Shown piece after piece: positions 40,270 to 49,625 of a stretch of DNA of 64,000 nt. Position 1 is the first letter of the stretch. Each line of letters opens with the position of its first letter. The stretch spans positions 20,183 through 84,182 of the forward strand of contig DASPJR010000158.1 of the NCBI GenBank assembly GCA_035628505.1, read 5' to 3'. Under the pieces are notes generated by a model. The model saw only the letters and a program-made list of their open reading frames with translations, had not been told where the DNA came from and did not search any database. This DNA comes from Planctomycetota bacterium (GTDB lineage Bacteria > Planctomycetota > SZUA-567 > H5-PLA8). A program made the position numbers and the translations under genes.

Positions 40270-41643
40270 ATGAAACGATCGAGTGGCATTCTCTTACACG
40301 TTACCAGTCTTCCCAGCCAGCATAGCATCGGTGATCTCGGCACTCACGCCTACACCTGGGTGGATTTCCTCGCCGAAGCGCGGCAGAGCTACTGGCAGAT
40401 TCTGCCGCTGGGTCCCACGGGATTCGGCAACTCGCCGTACTCATCGTTTTCAGCGTATGCCGGAAATCCGCTGCTGATCAACCTCGAGGAGCTCGTCAAG
40501 GATCAGCTCCTCAAGGCCGCGGACATCGAGCCCTACGAGAATTACGCGTATCAATCACGTGTGCGCTTTGAAAAAGCCAAGCGCTACAAGAATCTGCATC
40601 TGCTCAAAGCCTTCACGAACTTCCAGGCTACCTCGGACTGGAAGCAGGGCTTCGAAGAGTTCCGCGATTCGAGCCCGTGGCTCGACAATTACGCAAAGTT
40701 CGCTGCGAACAAAGAGAAGTGTGAGCCGCTGTTCATTCAGTTCGAACAATTCATTTTCTACAAGCAGCTCACAAAGCTGAAAGCCTACGCCAATTCAAAA
40801 GGCATTAAGATTATCGGCGATCTGCCGATGTACGTCGCCGAGGACAGTGCCGACCGCTTTGAGGCGCCTGAGCTGTTTGATCTGGAGAGCGGTTATTTCG
40901 CCGGCTCGCCGCCGAGTCCTGCATTCCCAGTCGGGCAGAAGTGGGGCAATCCGCTTTTCCGCTGGGACAAGCACCGCGAAACAGGGTACCGCTGGTGGAT
41001 TAACCGCATCAAGGCCACGCTCAAGCAGGTGGATGTCATTCGCCTGGATTATTTCTGCGGCTATTCGGAATTCTGGGCCAGCAACGGTCACACCGGCCAC
41101 TGGCGGCGCGGACCGGGACATGACCTCTTCCAGAAAACGCGTGACGCGCTCGGTTCTCTGCCCTTTATTGCCGAAGACCTCGGCGAGCTCACGCACGACA
41201 TCAAGGAACTCCGCAACCGCTGGGGCATTCTCGGAACCAAGGTGCTGCATTACGCTTTCGATGGCAACGGTGAGAATCCGTACATTCCACACAATTTCGA
41301 GACGACCAACTGCGTGGTCTATACGGGCACGCATGATAACGATACGACACGCGGATGGTTTGACTCGTCACCCGATCACATTAAGGATAATGCGCGTCAG
41401 TACATGAAATGCGACGGCCACGACATTTCGTGGGATCTGATGAAGCTCGCCGCTGGCAGCAAGGCCGACCTGGCGATCATTCAATACCAGGATGTCCTGT
41501 GCCTGGGATCTGAAGCGCGTTTCAACACGCCGGGCACGGTGAGCGGGCATAATTGGTCGTGGTGCCTGCAGCCGCATCAAATCAATGACAAGGTCGCCGA
41601 GTCACTGGCGTGGCTTACCCGCACCAATAACCGTCTGCCCTGA
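40270..41643 (+). CDS. malQ: 4-alpha-glucanotransferase (amylomaltase, GH77)
   Basis: RSSGILLHVTSLP, WQILPLGP, IGDLPMYV, RLDYFCG, IAEDLG, YTGTHDNDT and N.PG....NWSW. Confidence 0.94.
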   Translation: MKRSSGILLHVTSLPSQHSIGDLGTHAYTWVDFLAEARQSYWQILPLGPTGFGNSPYSSFSAYAGNPLLINLEELVKDQLLKAADIEPYENYAYQSRVRFEKAKRYKNLHLLKAFTNFQATSDWKQGFEEFRDSSPWLDNYAKFAANKEKCEPLFIQFEQFIFYKQLTKLKAYANSKGIKIIGDLPMYVAEDSADRFEAPELFDLESGYFAGSPPSPAFPVGQKWGNPLFRWDKHRETGYRWWINRIKATLKQVDVIRLDYFCGYSEFWASNGHTGHWRRGPGHDLFQKTRDALGSLPFIAEDLGELTHDIKELRNRWGILGTKVLHYAFDGNGENPYIPHNFETTNCVVYTGTHDNDTTRGWFDSSPDHIKDNARQYMKCDGHDISWDLMKLAAGSKADLAIIQYQDVLCLGSEARFNTPGTVSGHNWSWCLQPHQINDKVAESLAWLTRTNNRLP

Positions 41644-41688
41644 GCACACCCGCAGGAAGGATACGCGTGCGATCTCTCGCGCGCTGTT

Positions 41689-44001
41689 CTACTTTGAAGG
41701 TTCGAGCACCGCGTTCAGGTACTTGAAGTATTCCCGCAGGGCGGCGGCGCGGTCTCTGCCTTCTGGAATAGCGGCCGCGGCGTTGAGGGATTCCTCGACT
41801 TCATTCTTCAAACCCCGGCTGTTTGCGAACACCGCCAGTCCGAGGTTGTCATCGGCACTGGTCTTTTCTGCCAGCAGTTGCAGCAGCATGAACGCCTGCA
41901 ACGGCGGGACTTTGTCCCACGGCTGAACACGCGTTGATGAGGCAGGCCCTTTCTTCGTAACAATCTTCAGACCCGCTTCATCGAAGTCGGTGATGTCGTC
42001 CCCGTTGGGATCATTCTTGCGGGGAAAAACCTGCAGCGGCGAATCCTTGCGCGGATGCCGCTGGATCTGTTCAAGCAGGCGTGCGCGGCAGCGCTTCACG
42101 AGGTCCTGCTCGAGTCGCGCCGCATTCCAGAACGCGTCAGCAAGCTTCTTATCCTCACCTTGCGCCTCTTTGAGCATCTTCTCAATTTCAATATTCTGGG
42201 CTGGGTACTGGAACGCTTTTGCGCTCGCCTGAGCGGCTTTCAGCGAGCCTGCAATCTTGCTGGGCTCGACCTTGATTGCCGGTGGCGGTGGTGTCATGGC
42301 TTTCTCGGGAGCGGGCGCAGGAGGCTGCGCCTGAGCGGACGGCTGAGCGACGGCGGTCTCAGCTGATTTCGCGGGCAGTACGTTTTCCGGCGGGGTTACG
42401 CTCGTTGCCGGCGACGTTTTTTCGACAGTGGCAATTCCGGTATTTCCGACTGCCGGAATCGTTTTCGGAGGAGTCTCAACCGGCGCACTTCCCTCGGGAC
42501 GCACGCCAGTCTGCCGCAGGATTGTTTCCTCGATCTCGGCGGCGAGCACCAGCGCCTTAACGCCTGTGGGCGAATCGCGTCCGGCTTTCTCCGCGATGCC
42601 GCGCGCCAGACGCAAGACCGCCGGCGTGTGCTTGATCTCCTTCTTCGACAACATGTCCTGGATGTATTCAAGCTGTCGCGTGGCGCTGAGATACTCGTCG
42701 CTTCGAGCATCGGAAGAGGGTGCCGGTTCAGCTCTTTTCGGCTCCGGTGCGGGCACTGCGACTAGCGGCGGCTGCGTAACCAAAACTGGCTGAGCCGGCT
42801 GCACTGGAGCGGGAGCAGGTGCGGGTGCGGCGGCACGATCGGACTGGTTCTTCTTCAGCGGCGCGTAGACGAAAATTAGCGCCGTAAAACCAAACACAAC
42901 GATGAATGCCAGTGCGGTCATTCCCACCAGGAACAGCGTGTACAGCCGCGTGAGCATTGAAGCGTTCTGAAGTTCCGTGCGCGTCGGCATCGGCCGTGCC
43001 GGCATTGCGCCACCGCCATTTGCAGGCGCAGCAGCGGGTGCCGCGGCGCTGGCGGACACAGCGGTACGGACGCCGCCCTGATGTCCACTCACCGATTTTT
43101 CAGCAAGCGACGAGAGTTCTTTCCTGGCTTCTTCTTTTTCAGCCGCGCTGAGTTCAATCGAGAGCGCAGAGATCAGGTCATCGTATGTCGGGCGCGAGGC
43201 GGGATCGGGCAACATCATGCGCTCAACCAGACGCAACACGTTTTCAGGCAAGCGGCGCTGCATTTCCGCTGGCCACTGCACGGAGCCGAGCAGGCGCTTG
43301 CGCTCGCCGACGAGGGACTCCTCATCGTTACTCTTAAAGGGGGCATTGCCGGTGAGCAGGTGAAACAGAATCGCACCGAGCGAGTACACATCAGTTGCTG
43401 TGGCGTTCAGTTCCACTGTCGCATGCGACGGCAGCGCCTCAGGCGCGGTATAAATGAGCGGCTCATAAAGGTACGGATCCTTGACAGACCATGCGGCGTG
43501 CTCGGGGCGCTCGCCGAGGCCAACGCCAACAATGCGCGCGTCGTCCTCGCCAAGGATGATGTCTGCCGGATGCAGGCGGCCGTGGTACTTTTTATGCGTC
43601 GCGGCGTAGCGCAGCGCGTTGGCGCACTGCAGAGCCACTCGCAGCGCCTTGGGCAGTGACATCGGCCGTTCGCGCTGCAGAAATTTCGAAGCCGGCTCGC
43701 CGAGCGCGTACTCGGTCATGAGCATCAGCGTGCCGCCTTCATGCACGCAGCCAAGACTCCTGACCATGCCGCGGTGTTCAAGCAGAAAACTGGCTTCCGC
43801 ATTTTTCGGAAGCTCCTGCACGAATTTGCGGTCGCACAAGGAAGGGCGGAAGACCTTCAGTGCTACCACGTCCTGCTCGACCAGGCGCCGCGCTTTGTAC
43901 GTAATGCCCTTGGGACTGCGGCCCAGTTCCAGCAGAATGCGGAAGCCTTTAAGCTCCGGAAAAGGGCTGTCCGCGGGCGTTGTTACTTCTTTGACGCTCA
44001 T
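41689..44001 (-). CDS. Membrane Ser/Thr kinase-like protein with degenerate catalytic motifs (pseudokinase)
   Basis: VALK, YTAPE and DVYSLG are present, but HRDxKPxN reads HGRLHPAD and DFG reads GVG; TM helix and Pro/Ala-rich external region. Confidence 0.8.
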   Translation of the reverse strand: MSVKEVTTPADSPFPELKGFRILLELGRSPKGITYKARRLVEQDVVALKVFRPSLCDRKFVQELPKNAEASFLLEHRGMVRSLGCVHEGGTLMLMTEYALGEPASKFLQRERPMSLPKALRVALQCANALRYAATHKKYHGRLHPADIILGEDDARIVGVGLGERPEHAAWSVKDPYLYEPLIYTAPEALPSHATVELNATATDVYSLGAILFHLLTGNAPFKSNDEESLVGERKRLLGSVQWPAEMQRRLPENVLRLVERMMLPDPASRPTYDDLISALSIELSAAEKEEARKELSSLAEKSVSGHQGGVRTAVSASAAAPAAAPANGGGAMPARPMPTRTELQNASMLTRLYTLFLVGMTALAFIVVFGFTALIFVYAPLKKNQSDRAAAPAPAPAPVQPAQPVLVTQPPLVAVPAPEPKRAEPAPSSDARSDEYLSATRQLEYIQDMLSKKEIKHTPAVLRLARGIAEKAGRDSPTGVKALVLAAEIEETILRQTGVRPEGSAPVETPPKTIPAVGNTGIATVEKTSPATSVTPPENVLPAKSAETAVAQPSAQAQPPAPAPEKAMTPPPPAIKVEPSKIAGSLKAAQASAKAFQYPAQNIEIEKMLKEAQGEDKKLADAFWNAARLEQDLVKRCRARLLEQIQRHPRKDSPLQVFPRKNDPNGDDITDFDEAGLKIVTKKGPASSTRVQPWDKVPPLQAFMLLQLLAEKTSADDNLGLAVFANSRGLKNEVEESLNAAAAIPEGRDRAAALREYFKYLNAVLEPSK

Positions 44002-44239
44002 GATTCTTAGACTCGCTTCCGGGACCCCTACCTTACGGGTTAAGCCAAGCGGACTCAAGGACTTGCGGGCAACCTCCTGAGGCAGACGGAACACCGGACT
44101 AAGGATTAGACGCGGCACCTGTTTTTTTGCGGCACAGTTCCCGTCGCTCAACGTGCTTTTTTTTGAAAGCATGCTTTTTACCCTCAGTCCGTTAATACAG
44201 TGAACGGCGCTATCGCATGGACCGGAACTGGGTTTCTCA

Positions 44240-45250
44240 ATGATTCGCTCCCTCGCGCTCCCTTTGTTGTTTACTCTCTTGCTTCCGCTGTCCGGCTATT
44301 GCAGCCAGCTCCGCGGGCCCCGGGACACGCGGGAAGATCCCGACGTGGAGGAAGCTCGGCAAAAGATGTTTGCGCTCCTTCTGCCGCAGGATGAAAAAGG
44401 CTTCGTGCGGCTGGAAGGCAAACCAAAGCCCGGTGAGTGGCTCTGGTTTTATAAAGAGACGCCGCAGTCGCTGCAGCGTTACCAGATGCAGACGCGAGCG
44501 CGTCCGGCGCCTGAACGGCGCACATTTGTGCTGCAGCCGCTTGGGGAGATTGAAGTCTCGCGCCTGGCAGTGCTCGAGAAAATGCGCGAGTACGCCGAAA
44601 TTTTTTTCCAGGTTCCGGCGCGCATCCAAAAGCCAATTCCGCTGGACGTGCCCGGCGAAGTGCTGTTCAAAAACGTTCCTATCGGCAACCGCCACGGAAA
44701 ATACGACAAGCAGTTCAACGGCGACAAGATCATAGACGCGCTTCTGGCCAAACACATTCCTGAAGACGCGCTCGTTTATATCGGCGTGACGAGCGAAGAT
44801 TTATTCGCGATAGGCACCACATTCGTCTTCGGTGTTGCGAGCCTGGAGAAGCGCGTCGGGGTTTACAGCCTCAGCCGCTTTTACCCGGAATTCTGGGGCA
44901 TCCAGTCCCAACCAGGGGATGAGATCACTGCGCTGCGCCGCGCGTGCAAGCTGCTGAACCATGAATCGGGCCACATGTTCGGCATCACGCACTGCGTTTT
45001 CTACCGCTGCTCCATGAACGGTTCCAACAGTCTGAGCGAGACAGATGCCGCGCCCATGCATTACTGCCCGGTTTGCCACCGCAAGCTGATGTGGAATCTT
45101 GAATTCGACGCTGCGAAGCGCTACGGGCAGCTCGAAAAATTTTACCGCGAAAACCGCCTGACGCCCGAAGCCGATTTCATCAAGTCGCGCGTCGAGAACT
45201 GGAAAAAAGTGATGGAAGCCGAGCGCATTCAGAAGACAGCGGAAGAGTAA
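44240..45250 (+). CDS. Archaemetzincin (peptidase M54) family zinc metalloprotease
   Basis: HESGHMFGITHC...CSMNGSNS...D..P...CPVC, and DLF.....FVFG.A. Confidence 0.88.
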   Translation: MIRSLALPLLFTLLLPLSGYCSQLRGPRDTREDPDVEEARQKMFALLLPQDEKGFVRLEGKPKPGEWLWFYKETPQSLQRYQMQTRARPAPERRTFVLQPLGEIEVSRLAVLEKMREYAEIFFQVPARIQKPIPLDVPGEVLFKNVPIGNRHGKYDKQFNGDKIIDALLAKHIPEDALVYIGVTSEDLFAIGTTFVFGVASLEKRVGVYSLSRFYPEFWGIQSQPGDEITALRRACKLLNHESGHMFGITHCVFYRCSMNGSNSLSETDAAPMHYCPVCHRKLMWNLEFDAAKRYGQLEKFYRENRLTPEADFIKSRVENWKKVMEAERIQKTAEE

Positions 45251-45291
45251 CGCGCAGTTCGCTTGCAATGCAGCGGCTGGAACACGACTTC

Positions 45292-45447
45292 AACACGGAG
45301 GCATAGAGAACACGGAGCACAGGGAGTTATTTAGATGTACTCTTGAGTTTCCAGGCCGCTGCGTCTCTGCCATGCTCAACAAGCCGTGCACGAGAGTCGA
45401 CTTTGCGTTCAAGTTTTCTCTGTGTTCTTTGTGAGCTCTGTGGTGAA
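45292..45447. repeat. Inverted ~9-mer repeat pair flanking a ~90-bp spacer
   Basis: Left arm AACACGGAG GCATAGAG AACACGGAG CACAGGGAG; right arm CTCTGTGTT CTTTGTGAG CTCTGTGGT. Confidence 0.7.
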
Positions 45448-45449
45448 TT

Positions 45450-46352
45450 TCAGCCGTTTCCGCCTTCGTCCATGCGGCGGGCGCCTTCCATCAGCAACTG
45501 CGTGGTTGGGGCGTTCATTTGCGCTTCAAGTTCAATCTCGCTCTGCAGGAAGGTGAATGAACCGGCGTTCCAACGGAGCGCAAGATAAACGGCCTCTTCC
45601 CCCTGCCGGCATTCTTCTGGCACCTGCGGGCCCGACACCGTCGCAACTATCACGCGGCCTTTGCGCAGGAAGAAGCGGCCCGATGCGTCTTGCGTGCGAA
45701 GCGAAAGCTCGCCGCTCTTTTTTTCCATATCAAACATCATCAGCAGCGACGAGAGGCTCAGCTGCGAGAGCAGGCCGTGTACCGATGCGGCCGGCGGCGG
45801 CGGAGGAGGAGCAACATCGCTGGCCTTGGGCAGGCGCGCGCTGGAACGCGGCACCAGGACAGCATGCTCGCCCGACGCGAAATGGTCAAACTTGCCGTCT
45901 CCCAGATACTTCGCGGCCATCGCAGCGGCCTTGCGCGCGACCAGCGGCAAATTCGCGGCGCTATAGCTCCAGACCGAGTTGGGGCGTTCCGACATACGGC
46001 CGATCAGGTCAATCATGCTTTCACCGCCGGGTGCGGGTTCAATCCGCGGCAGGATCACCGATTCGGACGTCGCATCGCGAACGAAAAACAGCGCGGGTGT
46101 TGTGCCGATCACCGCATCGAGCTTCGCCACGAGGCTCTCCGCGAGAAATGTGTTCACAACGAAAATAGAAGGCGTGATCCCACCCGATTTAAGCGCGCCG
46201 AGAACGTCTTGCACTTCCTGCAGAGAACGCCCGGATGGCAGCGGAAATACGTTTTTCTTCAGCAGTTCCAGCATGATTGCGCGGCAGACGCAGAAACGCA
46301 GGCCATGCTGCGCATCCATAGCTTCGATGAAAAAAGGAATGCCGCCCATCAT
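45450..46352 (-). CDS. DUF4388 domain-containing protein
   Basis: C-terminal GLLSQLSLSSLLMMFDMEKKSGEL...G.FFLRKGRVI.A...GEEAVY.ALRW..GSF.F...LLMEGARRMDE; start uncertain. Confidence 0.8.
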   Translation of the reverse strand: MMGGIPFFIEAMDAQHGLRFCVCRAIMLELLKKNVFPLPSGRSLQEVQDVLGALKSGGITPSIFVVNTFLAESLVAKLDAVIGTTPALFFVRDATSESVILPRIEPAPGGESMIDLIGRMSERPNSVWSYSAANLPLVARKAAAMAAKYLGDGKFDHFASGEHAVLVPRSSARLPKASDVAPPPPPPAASVHGLLSQLSLSSLLMMFDMEKKSGELSLRTQDASGRFFLRKGRVIVATVSGPQVPEECRQGEEAVYLALRWNAGSFTFLQSEIELEAQMNAPTTQLLMEGARRMDEGGNG

Positions 46353-46903
46353 TCAATGCCCAGAATCGTGATTTTGCCGTCTTTGGCCAGAACTTTGACA
46401 GTGTACTTGCCATAGGCAAATTTCTGCCAGGCGCCGCCAGCGGGAACAAACGTGATCTGCACATTCAGTATGCGCGGCACCTCATCGAGCTTGTGCCCGC
46501 GCAATTTTCCGAAGAGCTCATTGAACAGTTCATCTTTGTTCCGCGCTTTGATGACCGGCTGCGTTGGCAATGTGGGCTGCGGCGGCGCGGCGACAATCAT
46601 CCGCGTCGATGGACGCGGTCCCGTGGTATTCGTGGCGACGGGAGCCAGCTCGACCTTGATGTCAGTGACGTACTGCTGCATGAGCTCGGTATAGAGCTGG
46701 AAGGTTTCGACTTCCGGGCGCGCGTTGTAAATGGTGAGCGGGATTTTCAGTAAATTGGGGCCGGCTTTGAGCGTCATGCCAAGCTCGGTGGTGCCGTCAT
46801 TGGTCGTAACGTACAGATCAGCTGTTAAGTTTAACTGCCCATGGCGCTTGCACCATTCGAGTGCATCCGGACGTTCGCCGTTTGTGAAAGACAATGCAGG
46901 CAC
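46349..46903 (-). CDS. Hypothetical protein
   Basis: 184-aa ORF, GAGG RBS, stop overlaps the next start. Confidence 0.6.
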   Translation of the reverse strand: MPALSFTNGERPDALEWCKRHGQLNLTADLYVTTNDGTTELGMTLKAGPNLLKIPLTIYNARPEVETFQLYTELMQQYVTDIKVELAPVATNTTGPRPSTRMIVAAPPQPTLPTQPVIKARNKDELFNELFGKLRGHKLDEVPRILNVQITFVPAGGAWQKFAYGKYTVKVLAKDGKITILGIE

Positions 46904-47077
46904 AGTTTTACTCGAGGAAGCCGCTTAATGTCCGAACGCACCATGTGCCCGTGATACGCGCACCCAGATGAAATTTCAATCGAAGTTTAACTGCAGCCAG
47001 CAAATAAAAAAAGGTGCCATTGCACCTTTTTAGGTCGGAATCCTATTGTGCAGTCCGCAAGTGGACGCAACAGCCCG

Positions 47078-47785
47078 TCACTTCTGCGCCACCCATTCCA
47101 ACGCGTTCTTAAGAATTGTCTTGTACGCCGCAGATTCGTGCGCGCGGCCGTCGTGCCCGAGCGTGATACCCACGATTCGGGTCTTGGGATGCTTCACGAC
47201 GAACACGACAGGGAACGTCTTGCCACTCAGCGGGCTTTTTCCGGTGGCAAGTACTTCGATTGGCGTGCCGCCTTTTTCATCTCTAGTGAAATAGTAGAGT
47301 TCGTCGATGATCTTAAACGTCGCCGGCACGTCTTTCATGATTGGATGCTTGGCATCGTCTACGGACACCTCGAACTCGCCGAGTTTGTCGTGGCCCTTTG
47401 AACCGCCCCCCGCCAGAACCTTGTTGTACTCGGGCCAGTCGCCCCAGTTGTACCACAGCGCTGGATGAACGAGTAACAGCCCCTTACCCGAGTCGGCGAA
47501 GTCGAAGATGCCTTTGCGCAGTTCCACATGAGCCAGCGGCTGATTGGCGCTGAGATAGAGAACATCAATATCTTTCAGCGCCCCAAGCACTGTATCCACT
47601 TTATCCGTGTAGGTGACAGTGGCTTTGCCGCCCTCTGAGAGTGTGGCGACGTCAGCCTGGTTGAACCACTTGTTGAAGTCGTGCGAACTGCCGCCGCCGA
47701 CGATCAGAACTTTGGGCGGTTCACCGGCGAAGAGTGTTGTTGCACCCAGCAGGCTCAGCAGAAACAGTTTTGCGACGAGGGACAT
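47078..47785 (-). CDS. Secreted ThuA-like domain protein
   Basis: Signal peptide; VLIVGGG.SHDF, GKGLLLVH, DELY and TLGHD. Confidence 0.85.
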   Translation of the reverse strand: MSLVAKLFLLSLLGATTLFAGEPPKVLIVGGGSSHDFNKWFNQADVATLSEGGKATVTYTDKVDTVLGALKDIDVLYLSANQPLAHVELRKGIFDFADSGKGLLLVHPALWYNWGDWPEYNKVLAGGGSKGHDKLGEFEVSVDDAKHPIMKDVPATFKIIDELYYFTRDEKGGTPIEVLATGKSPLSGKTFPVVFVVKHPKTRIVGITLGHDGRAHESAAYKTILKNALEWVAQK

Positions 47786-47907
47786 GTCGTTCTCCTTTTG
47801 TACCGCCGGCTTACAGCCTGCGAGTCAATTGAGTTCCGTTCGTTCAAATCTCACACGTTTCGCACACGCAGGATGCCTGCGGTACAACGCTTCAGCGCCA
47901 CAAGTAT

Positions 47908-48792
47908 TCACGCCTTGCGGATGGCCTCGTACACCTTCGTGATCGCCTGGGTGCCGAGCCTTCCATGGCCCTGCGCCTGCAGCGCGATGTAGAGCTGCTC
48001 GGCCTGCGCAACCATCGGCAATGACAGCTTCATGCGTTTGGCCTCATCCAGCGCTATCCCGAGGTCTTTTACGAAATGATCGACATAGAATCCGGCCGCA
48101 AAATCATTCTTCAGAATGCGCGGTCCTAAGTTTGACAGTGCCCAGGACCCGGCAGCGCCCTGCGACACAGCTTCGAGCGCCACCTCGGGCTTGATGCCGC
48201 AGTTCTTCGCGTACGTGAGCGATTCAGCCAATGCGAGCATGTGGCCGGCGATAAGAATCTGATTGACCATTTTGCAATGCTGCCCGCTTCCCGCCGGGCC
48301 CATGTGCGTAACGCTCTTGCCCATTTTCTGAAACAGCGGCAGGACGCGTCCATAGCTCTCGCTATCGCCGCCGACCATGATCGTCAGCTTCGCCCCTTCT
48401 GCGCCGGCCTGGCCTCCCGAAACCGGCGCATCGAGGAATGCGCCGCCCTTAGCCGCCGCCGCTTGAGCAATCTCTACGGCCAGTGATGGCGGACTGGTGG
48501 TCATGTCGACGCAGACCTGACCCCTGCTGAGCATCGGGACAATGCCGTCTTTGCCGAGGAACGTTTCGCGTACGTCTTCAGGAAAGCCGACAATTGCGAA
48601 AATGACATCGCTCTTCTGGGTCACCTGTGCGGGAGTATCAGCCCAGGCGGCGCCCTTCTTCAGGAGCGCGTCGGCTTTTGCCTTTGTGCGGTTGAAGACC
48701 GTCAGCGAGTGTCCGGCAGCCATCAGGTGTCCGGCCATGGGCGCGCCCATCACGCCGGTTCCGATAAAGCCAATACGAAGCGAGTCAGCCAT
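47908..48792 (-). CDS. NAD(P)-dependent beta-hydroxyacid dehydrogenase (3-hydroxyisobutyrate / tartronate semialdehyde reductase family)
   Basis: IGFIGTGVMG, LDAPVSGG and GSGQHCKMVNQ. Confidence 0.92.
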   Translation of the reverse strand: MADSLRIGFIGTGVMGAPMAGHLMAAGHSLTVFNRTKAKADALLKKGAAWADTPAQVTQKSDVIFAIVGFPEDVRETFLGKDGIVPMLSRGQVCVDMTTSPPSLAVEIAQAAAAKGGAFLDAPVSGGQAGAEGAKLTIMVGGDSESYGRVLPLFQKMGKSVTHMGPAGSGQHCKMVNQILIAGHMLALAESLTYAKNCGIKPEVALEAVSQGAAGSWALSNLGPRILKNDFAAGFYVDHFVKDLGIALDEAKRMKLSLPMVAQAEQLYIALQAQGHGRLGTQAITKVYEAIRKA

Positions 48793-49268
48793 TGCGAGGG
48801 TTCCTCAAAAAAGTTCGAGGAATAGGTATCGGGGCTCGGCGGAAGATCGTCAACGGCAAATCGGTACGCTGCAGGGACGCGTATGGCCGAACAGATCCAG
48901 TCTTACAACGACTCGCCGATTTTCCGCTCACCGATTTCCGCGACGTTCATCGAGACCATTCTGGAGTACTGAAAAAAGCTTGAGAAGTTCAGCGTCAAGC
49001 CGGACTGAGCAGTTATTGAAATAACACTGCTCTCTTGAATTCCATTTCTTCCCATCGGCGCAATTCGCTGCGGAACCAAAGCGGACAGTCGGACTGAGTT
49101 TTCGGCTCTTGATCGTCAATCAGGCAAACAGCCATGCCGATGCGTTTCAAGCTGGACCGTTTTACCCGCACTTTGTCCTTCGAAGCTTTCTGCAACACGC
49201 TGGTCAAGTGCTTGCTGAAGCGTTTAACGCAGTTTGTGTAGTACATATCAAACAAAGTGGAGGAAGGT

Positions 49269-49520
49269 ATGAAGAGCCGCTTCAATATTGTCAAGCTCGA
49301 AGAGCGCATCGCTCCCGCACTGCTGTTCCCTGAGTTCTGCCCGCCTGGCCTGGAGAAGAAGGCCGGTTCAACGACGTACACCGGACCGGTTGAAGTTCAG
49401 GTCGATCCGATCTGCGGTTGTGTGAAGTACACCTCGACTGCCGCGGACAACTCGACGTCCGCCGGTGGCTTCGAGAACATCATCGTCATTACCCAGGGCG
49501 GCGGCGGCAAAGTCGCCTAA
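49269..49520 (+). CDS. 83-aa putative precursor peptide with LEPRxLL-like leader (KLEERIAP)
   Basis: Strong GGAGG RBS; MKSRFNIVKLEERIAP followed by a Cys/Thr/Ser/Gly-rich core; upstream of an RRE-like peptidase gene. Confidence 0.8.
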   Translation: MKSRFNIVKLEERIAPALLFPEFCPPGLEKKAGSTTYTGPVEVQVDPICGCVKYTSTAADNSTSAGGFENIIVITQGGGGKVA

Positions 49521-49538
49521 AGCTACACCTGCTGTTCT

Positions 49539-49580
49539 GCAGCGAGGGATGTCTCCCCCATCCCTCGCTGCTTTATCTCA
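49539..49580 (+). terminator. 13-bp stem-loop after the peptide gene (terminator, attenuator or mRNA stabiliser)
   Basis: GCAGCGAGGGATG-TCTCCCC-CATCCCTCGCTGC followed by TTTATCTCAATTTC. Confidence 0.75.
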
Positions 49581-49625
49581 ATTTCAATTTTCCAATTACT
49601 CCGCGAGCGTGTTCCGGGATCCGCT

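Noticed and set aside
49013-49381. 122-aa minus-strand ORF overlapping the peptide gene
   Set aside because: No RBS or motif; it conflicts with the better supported plus-strand peptide and its RBS.
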